Positions 28,061 through 37,667 of a stretch of DNA of 64,000 nt are shown here, piece by piece. The translations under genes and the position numbers were made by a program. The notes beneath the pieces are model-generated. The model was given only the letters and a program-made list of their open reading frames with translations. It ran no database searches and was not told where the DNA came from. This DNA comes from an uncultured bacterium (GTDB taxonomy: Bacteria > Abyssobacteria > SURF-5). Location: the NCBI GenBank assembly GCA_964607485.1, contig CAZSKP010000008.1, forward strand, positions 32,001 to 96,000. Reading direction: 5' to 3'. Every line of letters begins with the position of its first letter. Positions within the stretch are counted from its first letter, which is position 1.

Positions 28061-28683
28061 ACGGTTTCTCCTTTCATCACCAGCGTCACCAGGGCGAGCG
28101 GAATCTCTTTCAGTGAAAGAACAAAATCGACGTTTCCAGTCTGGATGGCCGCATTGGGCATACCGAAGAATTCCGAGGATTGCTCGTCCTGAACGATTAC
28201 GGTGCCTTCCATCTTCTTGATGGCCTGGACGCCCATCGAACCGTCGCTGCCCGTTCCGGTGAGAACGACTGCGATGGCCCGTTCCTTGTGGCTCGCGGCC
28301 ACCGACTCGAACAACAGGTCGGCCGACGGGCGAACGAAATGTACCAGTTCCGACTGGGTGAGTGAGAGGGTGTCGTCGGAGTTCACGAGGAGGTGACGAT
28401 TCGGCGGCGCGATATAGACCGTGCCCGGCCTCAGACTGTCGCCATTCTCAGCCTGCTTGACCTTCAGAGACGTGTGCCGACTGAGGATGTCGGCCATCAG
28501 GCTGCGGTGGCGGGGGTCGAGATGCTGCACCACGACGAGGGCGGCGGGAAAATCCTCTGGCAATGACGAAAGGATTTGGTCCAGAGCCTTCAGGCCGCCG
28601 GCAGAGGACGCGATGGCCACGATGTCGAACGCCTCGCTGACGAAACGCGACCTCCTCTGCTCCTCTTCACGGTCTCTCTTCAC
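28057..28683 (-). CDS. cheB: stand-alone CheB methylesterase (no REC domain)
   Basis: Catalytic ASSAGG, VQHL and LTGTGSDG motifs; RPSADLLFES, GMPNAA. Confidence 0.93.
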   Translation of the reverse strand: MKRDREEEQRRSRFVSEAFDIVAIASSAGGLKALDQILSSLPEDFPAALVVVQHLDPRHRSLMADILSRHTSLKVKQAENGDSLRPGTVYIAPPNRHLLVNSDDTLSLTQSELVHFVRPSADLLFESVAASHKERAIAVVLTGTGSDGSMGVQAIKKMEGTVIVQDEQSSEFFGMPNAAIQTGNVDFVLSLKEIPLALVTLVMKGETV

Positions 28684-29012
28684 GCTTCATGCACCACCCG
28701 GACCGCAGGCATACATCACCACTTACGAAAATATTATGCAGGGCAGTTTGCAGGCGCCCAGATCCCGTTCCATATAGTTTATCACAAAAGGTTACGGATT
28801 AACAATGGTTCAGGCACAATCGACCCTTTTTCTCTCTTTTTTTTCGACCCGTTTGATGTGATTATGCCGCCGCGAGGCTGATAAAACCTGTTGACAACCC
28901 CCTGAGCGCTGGGGTAGTCTTAGGAGACCGGACCAATCCTCCCAGCCCGGTCCGGCACACCGTGTCCTCCCGGCAAGGAATATGTCTCTGGCTATTTTGA
29001 AGGGAAATCGTC

Positions 29013-30011
29013 ATGAAAATAGTTGCTTACGTTGACACCGGCCTGATGGAAGTCCGCGAAATCCCGACGCCCGAGCCGAAGGATGATGAGGTTCTCGTGA
29101 AGGTCGCCTATTGCGGCGTGTGCGGTTCGGACATCCATCAGGTTCAGTATGGAATGGAGGAACCCGACAACATCATGATGGGCCATGAGGCCAGCGGCGT
29201 GGTGGCCGCGGTCGGAAAGAAGGTCGAGCGGTGGCGCGAGGGCGACCGGGTCATATTCGATCGCTCGCTCCCGTGCGGCCAATGCTGGTACTGCATGAAC
29301 AAGCTGCCCGACATGTGCAGGAACAAACGATCGGCGAGCAACGGCGGCTACGCCGAGTATGCCACATGCTCGCCCCACCACCTCTACCCGCTCCCCGACG
29401 ACGTGTCGCTCAAGGCGGCGGCGCTGTGGAACCCGCTGACCAACGCCATTCACGCGGTGCAGTTGTCACTGCAAAAGCTGTCGGATTTCGCCGTGGTCAT
29501 GGGGACCGGCCCGATCGGCCTCTTCACGATAGCCGCCGCCAGGCGGGCGGGAGCCTTCCCGGTACTCGCGACCGAGGTGTTGCCGAAGAGGGCCGAGGCC
29601 GCGCGCAAGCTGGGCGCGCAGTATGTGCTCAATCCTCTCGAGGACGACGTGTTGACCGCCTGCACCGACATCAAGAAGGTGGGCGCCGACGTGGTGTACG
29701 AATGCGCCGGAGGGGCCGAGACGCTGCAGGAGGCCATCCGCTACGCCCGCTGCGGGGGACAGGTTGTGCTCGTGGGCATTCACATGGAATTCTTCCAGTT
29801 CAACACGATACTCTGGATTACGAAGGAGATAAACATCCAGGCCGCCTTCGGATTCACCGACCAGTTGCCCATCGCCGTCGAGATGCTCCGCGACGGAACC
29901 ATAAACGAGGAGGACATCATCACGAGCGTCATCTCACTGGAGCAATTGCCCGAAACCATGAAGACCCTCTTCGGCCCGAACGAAGAGATCAAGGTCGTCG
30001 TGAAACCATAG
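29013..30011 (+). CDS. Zn-dependent medium-chain alcohol dehydrogenase
   Basis: CGVCGSDIH, GHEASG, CGQCWYC...C, GTGPIG. Confidence 0.92.
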   Translation: MKIVAYVDTGLMEVREIPTPEPKDDEVLVKVAYCGVCGSDIHQVQYGMEEPDNIMMGHEASGVVAAVGKKVERWREGDRVIFDRSLPCGQCWYCMNKLPDMCRNKRSASNGGYAEYATCSPHHLYPLPDDVSLKAAALWNPLTNAIHAVQLSLQKLSDFAVVMGTGPIGLFTIAAARRAGAFPVLATEVLPKRAEAARKLGAQYVLNPLEDDVLTACTDIKKVGADVVYECAGGAETLQEAIRYARCGGQVVLVGIHMEFFQFNTILWITKEINIQAAFGFTDQLPIAVEMLRDGTINEEDIITSVISLEQLPETMKTLFGPNEEIKVVVKP

Positions 30012-30035
30012 CCGCGAGGCCGTTCTCATATTTCT

Positions 30036-30360
30036 GCGGGGGCGGTTCGCGAGCCGCGCCTACAGCCGTTGTAGACGACGTACGATTTGACCAACCAGCC
30101 GAGCCCGTGACGGGCTCCGTTCCTTCTCGCTGTCTTGTACAACCGCCTCATCTAACCGTAGGAGCGCAGCATGCTGCGCCCGTCCGAAAAAAGTCGATAT
30201 CCAAGAGCAAAGTTGACAGAGCACTAAAATTCGTAGGTTCGTCTCGTCATTGCGAGGAGCAAAGAGCTGCAAGCTCCGGCGACGAAGCAATCCCGATGAC
30301 AAGCGAGAAACGCCTCCGAGATTGCTTCGGTTGAGTCAGTGACTCTCCCTCGCAATGACG
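30036..30360. repeat. cluster of REP-like elements
   Basis: Degenerate GTAG REPs at 30036-30063 and 30158-30183; a GTCATTGCGAG...CTCGCAATGAC element at 30245-30360. Confidence 0.8.
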
Positions 30361-30478
30361 CCGAATTTCCTAGCCGCCGGCGATAAAAGTGTTAGAGTAC
30401 AATACGGCGTGACCAATTCCCGCATGACGAGAGTTTATTTCACCTCGCCTTACGGCGGAAACATATCGAGGGTATGAA

Positions 30479-31357
30479 GTGGACGTCTCTTTCCTCAAGC
30501 CCGGACACCCGGAGGCGGCGGCACTGGCCGGCGGCTTTTTGCTCTTGCTGGCGCTCGAGGCCGTCTTCCCGCTTCGCCGACGGAAGCGTTCGCGGGCGCC
30601 TCGCATCTTTGTAAATCTCTGCCTCTCCGGGGTGGCCTTCCTCGTCGGGTCGTACGTTGTGAGGCCTGCTTCGCTCGGGCTGTCGGCGTGGACATCGGAC
30701 CGAGCCTTCGGCCTGCTGCACGTTGTCGCGTTGCCGGCGGGCGTCCGGTTCGTCATCGGGTTTCTGCTGATGGACCTCACGTTCTACTACTGGCATCGCG
30801 CCAACCACGTTGTCCCGCTGCTCTGGCGATTCCACAACGTCCACCATGTCGATCCCGACCTCGATGTCACGACGTCGTTTCGGTTCCACCTTGCGGAGAT
30901 TCTGTATTCGACGTGCTTTCGGGTCGTTCAGGTGGGGCTGTTGGGGCTCGCGCCGTTCACCTATATCGTCTATGAATTCTTCTTTCAGTCCGCGACGATG
31001 TTTCAACACAGCAACCTGCGCCTACCCATCCGGGCGGAACGATTGCTGAACAAGGTCGTTGTCACCCCTCGCATGCACGGCATCCACCATTCCGTTGTGA
31101 AGGGCGAGACCAATTCCAACTATTCGGTGATCTTTCGGTGGTGGGACCCGCTTCACCGGAGCCTGCGCCTGAACATACCCCAGTCCGACATCGACATCGG
31201 CGTCGCCGGCTACCGCGAACCGGGAGATAACGGGCTGTGGAGCCTGCTGGCATTGCCGTTTCGGAAACAGAGGGAATACTGGCGCCTGCCCGACGGCACG
31301 CTTTCGGTGCGGGAACCGGCCGGCGAGACAGGCGGCATACACGTCCTGGCGGAGTAA
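30479..31357 (+). CDS. sterol desaturase / fatty acid hydroxylase family membrane protein
   Basis: His boxes YWHRANH, WRFHNVHH, RFH, FQHSN, MHGIHHS. Confidence 0.9.
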   Translation: MDVSFLKPGHPEAAALAGGFLLLLALEAVFPLRRRKRSRAPRIFVNLCLSGVAFLVGSYVVRPASLGLSAWTSDRAFGLLHVVALPAGVRFVIGFLLMDLTFYYWHRANHVVPLLWRFHNVHHVDPDLDVTTSFRFHLAEILYSTCFRVVQVGLLGLAPFTYIVYEFFFQSATMFQHSNLRLPIRAERLLNKVVVTPRMHGIHHSVVKGETNSNYSVIFRWWDPLHRSLRLNIPQSDIDIGVAGYREPGDNGLWSLLALPFRKQREYWRLPDGTLSVREPAGETGGIHVLAE

Positions 31358-31494
31358 ACGGTGGACCGGTGTCGTCCAAAGCGCCGCCGAACATGGCCTC
31401 CGGGGAGAAAGCATGATAAAGTGGGAAGAAAGAATGAGCGCATGCGGTCAGTACCGACGCGATTCTGGGAGAACTTGGGATGGGGTGAAGGGAA

Positions 31495-32448
31495 ATGAAC
31501 AATTTTGAAAGGCAGATAGAGGCGGTCACCGGCGGAGGACTGCACAGCCTTGAAATCGAGACCCTGCAGGTCAACCTGGGCCTGCGCTGCAACCAACGGT
31601 GTGCGCATTGCCACCTTGAGGCCTCGCCGCAGCGAAGTGAGATGATGGAATGGCCCACCATGCAGGCCGTGCTGGAGGCGGCCAGGAGGGTCGGCTGTCG
31701 GCTTGTCGATTTGACCGGAGGAGCGCCGGAGCTTAATCCCCATTTCCGACTCTTCTTGGATGCCCTTTGCGAGACGGGCAATCGCGTGCAGGTGCGCACC
31801 AATCTCACCGTGCTCCTCGAACCGGGCATGGAGACGATACCCGAATGGTTTCAGGAACGCGAGGTCCAGATCGTGGCCTCCATGCCGTGTTATCTCGAAG
31901 AGAACGTTCGGGCCCAGCGCGGCGCGGGAGCGTATGAGAAAAGCATCGAGGCTATCAAGCGGTTGAACGCCGTCGGCTACGGCTCCGAGTCCCGGCTGCC
32001 GCTGAATCTTGTCTATAATCCCGGCGGTCCGTTCCTGCCGCCTGAGCAGTCGGCGCTCGAGGACGACTACCGGCGCGAGCTGGGCGGGCGCTTCGGCATC
32101 ACCTTCTCCCGACTGCTGACCATCACCAACATGCCCATAGGCCGGTTTCAGGCTGAGTTGCGTCGGGAGGACCGCGAGCACGAATATCTTCGGCTTCTGC
32201 AGGAATCGTTCAATCCGACCACCGTCGACGGCCTGATGTGCAGGCATCAGCTCAGCGTCGGCTGGAACGGAAAGTTGTACGATTGCGACTTCAACCTCTC
32301 TCTCGGTCATGCCGTGAATCATGGCGCGCCCGACCACATCCGATACTTCGACCCGTCGCTTCTGAGAGCGCGCCGGATAGTCACCGGAGAGCATTGCTTC
32401 GGCTGCACGGCCGGCTTCGGGTCGTCGTGCGGGGGCGCTCTCATATGA
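31495..32448 (+). CDS. arsS: arsenosugar biosynthesis-type radical SAM protein (rSAM/Cys-rich, DUF3641)
   Basis: LQVNLGLRCNQRCAHCH, DLTGGAPE, LNLVYNP, ITNMPI, LMCR, YDCDFN, HCFGCTAGFGSSCGGAL (Cys, not Sec). Confidence 0.9.
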   Translation: MNNFERQIEAVTGGGLHSLEIETLQVNLGLRCNQRCAHCHLEASPQRSEMMEWPTMQAVLEAARRVGCRLVDLTGGAPELNPHFRLFLDALCETGNRVQVRTNLTVLLEPGMETIPEWFQEREVQIVASMPCYLEENVRAQRGAGAYEKSIEAIKRLNAVGYGSESRLPLNLVYNPGGPFLPPEQSALEDDYRRELGGRFGITFSRLLTITNMPIGRFQAELRREDREHEYLRLLQESFNPTTVDGLMCRHQLSVGWNGKLYDCDFNLSLGHAVNHGAPDHIRYFDPSLLRARRIVTGEHCFGCTAGFGSSCGGALI

Positions 32449-32499
32449 GCTATCCCGCGAAGGGATAATGGGAACATCAGGGAAAGGAGTGAACCGAGA

Positions 32500-33336
32500 A
32501 TGCGCGTGATTACCGCCATCATCGGACTCGGCATGCTGCTGCTTGCAGCCGATGCCACGGCAGTTGCCGGGCAGGGCTTTGATTACGGCGACTACGGCGA
32601 CGTGCTCGCAGCGTATGTGAACGACCAGGGCATGGTCGATTACGAGGGACTCAAGGCTCACAGAGAAAAGCTTGATGCGTTTGCCACTGCGCTCGCGACG
32701 CTCGACCCGACGGTCTATGACCAATGGACGGAAAAGCAGAAGCTCGCCTTCTGGATCAACGCATACAACGCTCTCACCCTTCAAACGATCATCAATCACT
32801 ATCCCATTCAATCCTCACTTTTCGAGTCCTTGCTTTATCCCAAGAACAGCATCCGCCAGATTTCGGGAGTATGGGACGAGCTGCAGTTCGCCGTGATGGG
32901 ACAAAAGATGACACTCGACCATATCGAGCACGAGAACCTTCGCAAGAACTTCAACGAACCGCGAATACACATGGCGCTGGTGTGCGCGGCGATGGGCTGT
33001 CCGCCGCTTCGCAACGAGCCGTATGTGGGCGACAGGCTCGACGCCCAGCTCGACGACCAGACCCGGCGCTTCCTGCAGAATCCGCAGAAATTCCGCATCG
33101 ACCCGGTCAACGGACGCGTCTATCTGTCGTCGATTTTCAAGTGGTTCGGACAAGACTTCATCAAAAAGTACGGAACGGACGAGAAGTTCGCGGGCAAGAG
33201 CGACGCAGAGCGGGCGGTGCTGAACTTCATCAGCGGATACGTCGATGAAGATATCGCCAAATACCTTGCCACGGGGAAATATGACGTGGAGTACCTCGAC
33301 TACGACTGGTCGCTGAATGAACAGAAGGGGAAATAG
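32500..33336 (+). CDS. secreted DUF547 domain protein
   Basis: Signal peptide; LAFWINAYNA, IEH, EPRIHMALVCAAMGCPPL, LSSIFKWF, YDWSLN. Confidence 0.9.
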   Translation: MRVITAIIGLGMLLLAADATAVAGQGFDYGDYGDVLAAYVNDQGMVDYEGLKAHREKLDAFATALATLDPTVYDQWTEKQKLAFWINAYNALTLQTIINHYPIQSSLFESLLYPKNSIRQISGVWDELQFAVMGQKMTLDHIEHENLRKNFNEPRIHMALVCAAMGCPPLRNEPYVGDRLDAQLDDQTRRFLQNPQKFRIDPVNGRVYLSSIFKWFGQDFIKKYGTDEKFAGKSDAERAVLNFISGYVDEDIAKYLATGKYDVEYLDYDWSLNEQKGK

Positions 33337-33357
33337 CGCGGCAGGGGGTCGGATAAA

Positions 33358-34092
33358 ATGAACTCTCCCGAGACGCATGTCGGCGACACGGATGCGGGCG
33401 GCCGTTCGAGCAAGAGAGGCAAGGCTCAGGGCCTGTGGCGGCCGGTCGCGCTCATCGTCGCCCTTGTGGCCGTCATCGCGCTGGCGAGGGTGTTCGGGCT
33501 GGGCGAGCGGCTTGGCGCTCTGCGCGACTGGATTCATGCGCTCGGCCCGTGGGGTCCGGCTGTTTTCGTGTTGCTGTATGCGGCGGCGGTGGTCGCGGCC
33601 CTTCCCGGCTCGGCGCTCACGGTGGCCGCAGGAGCGCTGTTCGGGTCGGTGCTCGGTGTTGTTGTGGTCAGCATCGCGGCCACGCTGGGGGCCAGCCTGG
33701 CTTTTCTGGTTTCGCGCTACTTCGCCAGGGACGCCGTCGCCCGGTGGCTTTCCACGAAAGAGAAATTTCGCCGGCTTGACCGGCTCACCGAAGAGCACGG
33801 CGCGGTCATGGTCGCGCTGACGCGGCTGGTGCCTATATTTCCGTTCAATCTCCTCAATTACGGCTTCGGCCTCACGCGGGTGAAATTTTGGACCTATGTG
33901 TTCTGGTCCTGGCTGTGCATGCTGCCCGGAACCGTTCTGTACGTTGTCGGAGCCGACGCTTTCGCCAAGGGCATCTCTCAAGGACGGATACCGTGGGCCT
34001 TGATTGTGATATTGGCGCTCGCAGCCGTCATCCTTGCGCTTCTGGTGCGCTACGCGCGCCGAAGGCTGCAAGCCAAGGAGATGAAGACTTAG
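33358..34092 (+). CDS. TVP38/TMEM64 (DedA/SNARE-associated) membrane protein
   Basis: LPGSALTVAAGALFG, RLVPIFPFNLLNYGFGLT, MLPGTVLYV. Confidence 0.9.
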   Translation: MNSPETHVGDTDAGGRSSKRGKAQGLWRPVALIVALVAVIALARVFGLGERLGALRDWIHALGPWGPAVFVLLYAAAVVAALPGSALTVAAGALFGSVLGVVVVSIAATLGASLAFLVSRYFARDAVARWLSTKEKFRRLDRLTEEHGAVMVALTRLVPIFPFNLLNYGFGLTRVKFWTYVFWSWLCMLPGTVLYVVGADAFAKGISQGRIPWALIVILALAAVILALLVRYARRRLQAKEMKT

Positions 34093-34119
34093 GCCTGAAA
34101 GGCTTTCGCAAAAGGGAGT

Positions 34120-35646
34120 GTGCCGATGGTTGAGACGACCGAAGTGTTGCCCAAAGACGAGCACAACACGACACTCGTTTCCAATGCGCATCCGCCGGAT
34201 TGGACAAACCCCGAGCCCGCGCGGCGCTACAACCTTGTGGTCATCGGAGGGGGCACCGCGGGGCTGGTGACCGCCGCAGGCGCGGCCGGCCTCGGAGCGA
34301 AGGTTGCGCTCGTCGAGCGGCATCTGCTTGGGGGCGACTGCCTGAACGTGGGCTGTGTGCCCTCGAAATGCCTCATCCGTTCCTCGCGAGTGAGCGCCGA
34401 TATCCGCGACGCTCATCACTTCGGCGTGCGCGTGCCGGAGGGCGCGGAGGCGGACTTCCCCGCCGTCATGGAGCGGATGCGGCGACTGCGTGCCCGGGTC
34501 AGCCACCACGATTCGGCCTTGCGGTTCCGCGAGCTGGGCGTGGACGTGTTCATTGGAGAAGGTCGGTTCTCCGGCCCCGACACGGTCGAGGTCGCGGGAA
34601 AGACGCTGCGATTCAAGAAAGCCGTCGTCGCCACGGGCGCACGAGCCATTCAGCCGCCCATCGACGGACTGGCAGAGGCGGGGTATCTCACCAACGAGAC
34701 CGTCTTCTCCCTGACGGAGCTTCCGCGCCGGCTGGTCGTCCTCGGGGCGGGCCCGCTGGGCTGCGAACTGGCGCAGGCATTCCACAGACTCGGCAGCAAC
34801 GTCACCGTCATCGAGATGGCGCCGCAGATCCTGATCCGCGAAGACCCGGACGCCGCCCGAATCATAGCGGAAGCCCTTGGACGGGACGGAATCGACGTAA
34901 AGTTGAATTCTACGGTCAAAAGTGTTATAACCACAGGTGGCGAAAAGGCAGTGCATCTGGAACGCGACGGGACGACAGAAACCGTCACAGTCGATGAGAT
35001 ACTCATCGGCGCCGGCCGGGCTCCCAACGTGGAGGGCCTGAACCTCGAGGCCGTCGGCGTCGAGTATAATAGACAGGCGGGAGTCGTCGTGGACGACACG
35101 CTGAAAACCACCAATCCTCGCATCTATGCGGCAGGCGACATCTGCCTGATTTATAAGTTCACCCATACCGCCGACGCGACGGCGAGGATTGTGATTCAGA
35201 ACGCCCTTTTCTGGGGACGCAAGAAGCTGAGCGCCCTGACGATCCCGTGGTGCACCTACACCGACCCGGAGATCGCGCACGTCGGAATGTATGAGAAGGA
35301 CACCCGGGAAAAGGGCATTCCCTTGGAGACCTTCACGAGACCCCTGAGCGAGGTGGACCGCGCCGTCGTTGACGGCGAGGAGGAAGGACTGGTGAAGGTG
35401 CACCTCAGAAAGGGAACCGACGAAATTCTGGGAGCTACGGTCGTCGCCCGACATGCGGGAGAGATGATCAGCGAGATCACCCTGGCTATGGTGGGAGGGT
35501 TGGGCCTCAAGACCATCGCGAACGTCATTCACCCGTATCCGACTCAGGCCGAGGCCATCAAGCAGGTGGCCGATGCCTATAACCGCACCCGACTGACGCC
35601 CTTTGTCAAGAACTTGTTCACTCGTTTGCTGGCTTGGCAGCGATAG
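34120..35646 (+). CDS. mercuric-reductase-like flavin disulfide oxidoreductase
   Basis: IGGGTAG, GGDCLNVGCVPSK, GAGPLG, IHPYPT; lacks the C-terminal Cys-Cys of true MerA. Confidence 0.88.
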   Translation: MPMVETTEVLPKDEHNTTLVSNAHPPDWTNPEPARRYNLVVIGGGTAGLVTAAGAAGLGAKVALVERHLLGGDCLNVGCVPSKCLIRSSRVSADIRDAHHFGVRVPEGAEADFPAVMERMRRLRARVSHHDSALRFRELGVDVFIGEGRFSGPDTVEVAGKTLRFKKAVVATGARAIQPPIDGLAEAGYLTNETVFSLTELPRRLVVLGAGPLGCELAQAFHRLGSNVTVIEMAPQILIREDPDAARIIAEALGRDGIDVKLNSTVKSVITTGGEKAVHLERDGTTETVTVDEILIGAGRAPNVEGLNLEAVGVEYNRQAGVVVDDTLKTTNPRIYAAGDICLIYKFTHTADATARIVIQNALFWGRKKLSALTIPWCTYTDPEIAHVGMYEKDTREKGIPLETFTRPLSEVDRAVVDGEEEGLVKVHLRKGTDEILGATVVARHAGEMISEITLAMVGGLGLKTIANVIHPYPTQAEAIKQVADAYNRTRLTPFVKNLFTRLLAWQR

Positions 35647-35743
35647 CACAAATTCGGGAGGAGGTGACGAACTGATAGGCGAGAAGGAACACGTCGTGGA
35701 ACAGGTTGCATGGCGCAATGGGTATTTGTGAAAGGAGTGTGGC

Positions 35744-36169
35744 ATGGGTAAGTCAATCTTTGCGATGATGATCGCGTTGGCGGTGACAATCTGTCTGGTG
35801 GGATGCTCGAAGAAAGAGACTCCTCCGGCCGAACCGACATCTGAGGAAGAGGTAGCAACGCCGGAAAGCACCGAGGCTATGCCGATGGAAGAGATGGAAG
35901 GCACCGCAACCAAGGCCATGGAAGAAGGCGCCGAGAAGGTGGAGGAGGGCACCGAGGAGATGGAGGAAGGCGCCGGCGAGATGATGGAGAAGGGCGGCGA
36001 GGAGATGAAGGAGCAAGGCGCCGAGATGATGGAAGAAGGCGCCAAGACGACGGAAGAGAAGACCGGCGAGATGACGGAGAAGACCGGCGAGATGATGGAG
36101 CAAGGCGCCCAGAAGGTGGAAGAAACCACCGAAACGAAGCCCGCGGAGGAGGCCAAGCCCGAGCAATAA
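35744..36169 (+). CDS. acidic, Met/Glu-rich repetitive lipoprotein
   Basis: Lipobox LVGC; EEG/EK(G/T)-x-EM repeats of 7-8 aa; AAGGAG RBS. Confidence 0.75.
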   Translation: MGKSIFAMMIALAVTICLVGCSKKETPPAEPTSEEEVATPESTEAMPMEEMEGTATKAMEEGAEKVEEGTEEMEEGAGEMMEKGGEEMKEQGAEMMEEGAKTTEEKTGEMTEKTGEMMEQGAQKVEETTETKPAEEAKPEQ

Positions 36170-36178
36170 AATATAGCA

Positions 36179-37666
36179 TTGCGTCCAAAAATCCAGCATG
36201 GCCGTGACATAGCAGATGCGACTGCTCCTGCCCCGGCGTTGATGCGACGATGGCTGAGGTGGGGACTGTGCGGCTCGTTGCTCGTTGGTCTCCACCTTGT
36301 GCTGGCTTTCATCTCACCCGGATTTGCCTACGGCGGGGACCTGCTTCAGAGACCAATTCTCCGGCTTGTCGGCATTGAGGCGCTGTGCGGTATCCTGTAT
36401 CTGATTGTGGTGCCGGACATCCGTCGTGCCCCTCGGAGCAAGTCATTGCTCGTATGGGTGATTGTCGTCGGTTCGGTGCTTCGGCTGAGCCTGCTATTCT
36501 CGACGCCCATGCTGGAGGACGACTACTATCGTTATCTGTGGGACGGGGCGGTCGTCGCGAACGGAATCAATCCCTATGCCTATGCGCCGGACCGTGTCGT
36601 CGAAGGGGGTGAGGATTCGGGCCCGGTTCCTTCCGTGCTTCACGAGCTCGCTTCGCAATCCGGAGTAGTCGCCTCACGGGTCAACCATCCCCACCTGCGT
36701 ACCGTCTACCCGCCGACCGCCCAGGCGGCATTCGCGCTGGCTTACTGGCTCCGTCCGTGGAGCATCACCGCGTTGCGCCTTGTGCTCCTCGCATTTGACC
36801 TCGCCGCGTTGGGTATCCTCATTGTCATCCTGCGAACGTTAGGCCTGCCACTCCTTTCGATGACCATATACTGGTGGAACCCGGTGCTCATCAAGGAAAT
36901 TTTCAATTCGACCCACATGGACGTAGTTGTGCTGCCGTTCGTGCTCGGGGCGGTGCTGTTGGCCGTTCGCCGCAGGCACGTGGCGGCCGCCGGAGCTCTG
37001 GCGCTGGCGACGGGCGCCAAGCTCTGGCCGGTGGTGCTCCTGCCGGTTGTGCTGCGACCCATCCTATCCCGCCCTTCAAGGCTCATCCCGGCGCTGTGCC
37101 TGTTCGGCCTTGTGGTGGGCGCAATATTTGTTCCGGTGGTGGCCGCCGGGGGTGGGGGGGGCTCGGGGTTGACGGCGTTTGGTCAGCGCGGGGGGATTGA
37201 CGCCCCGCGGTTGATGGTTTTGCTGTGGGGGGGGGGGTTCGTGGTGAACAGCGCCGGGCTGGGCGCGGCTCATGCGCGGTTCGCCGCCCGCGTTTTCGTG
37301 TCGCTGATTCTCATCGTGTGGATCGCCTGGCTCATTCGGAGGGAGTCCAGCGACCCCGCCGATTTCTGCGAGAGGTGTCTCCTGATAGTGGCGGCGGTCT
37401 TCCTGTTCAGTCCCGCACAGTTCCCCCACTATTACATCTGGATCGTGCCGTTCCTGGCGATTCGGCCGCGGGCGTCGCTGCTGCTGTTGACCGTTCTGCT
37501 GCCGCTCTACTATCTGCGGTTCTATCTCTATGCCCACGACAAGGTGAACATCTTCGACTACGGCGTCGTGTGGCTGGAGTACGTGCCCGTCTGGTGTCTC
37601 CTGATTCGAGAATGGCGTCTCGACCGTCGGCACCGCCCGCTTTCACCCTCGGAGGCCGCCGCCTGA
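36179..37666 (+). CDS. GT-C (GT87-like) membrane glycosyltransferase; start uncertain (36242 possible)
   Basis: EDDYYRYLWDG..NPY, NHP..TVYPP, YWWNP, HMD, KLWP. Confidence 0.8.
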   Translation: MRPKIQHGRDIADATAPAPALMRRWLRWGLCGSLLVGLHLVLAFISPGFAYGGDLLQRPILRLVGIEALCGILYLIVVPDIRRAPRSKSLLVWVIVVGSVLRLSLLFSTPMLEDDYYRYLWDGAVVANGINPYAYAPDRVVEGGEDSGPVPSVLHELASQSGVVASRVNHPHLRTVYPPTAQAAFALAYWLRPWSITALRLVLLAFDLAALGILIVILRTLGLPLLSMTIYWWNPVLIKEIFNSTHMDVVVLPFVLGAVLLAVRRRHVAAAGALALATGAKLWPVVLLPVVLRPILSRPSRLIPALCLFGLVVGAIFVPVVAAGGGGGSGLTAFGQRGGIDAPRLMVLLWGGGFVVNSAGLGAAHARFAARVFVSLILIVWIAWLIRRESSDPADFCERCLLIVAAVFLFSPAQFPHYYIWIVPFLAIRPRASLLLLTVLLPLYYLRFYLYAHDKVNIFDYGVVWLEYVPVWCLLIREWRLDRRHRPLSPSEAAA

Positions 37667-37667
37667 C

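Noticed and set aside
31495-32448. Selenoprotein form of ArsS
   Set aside because: The GSSCGG position is TGC (Cys); no in-frame TGA.
34120-35646. merA mercury resistance gene
   Set aside because: No C-terminal Cys-Cys pair, no NmerA domain, and no merR/T/P nearby.
32815-36312. 1165-aa minus-strand ORF and other long antisense ORFs (e.g. 31210-32811, 51083-52651, 53714-55462)
   Set aside because: Shadow frames of well-supported plus-strand genes in GC-rich DNA; no recognisable motifs.
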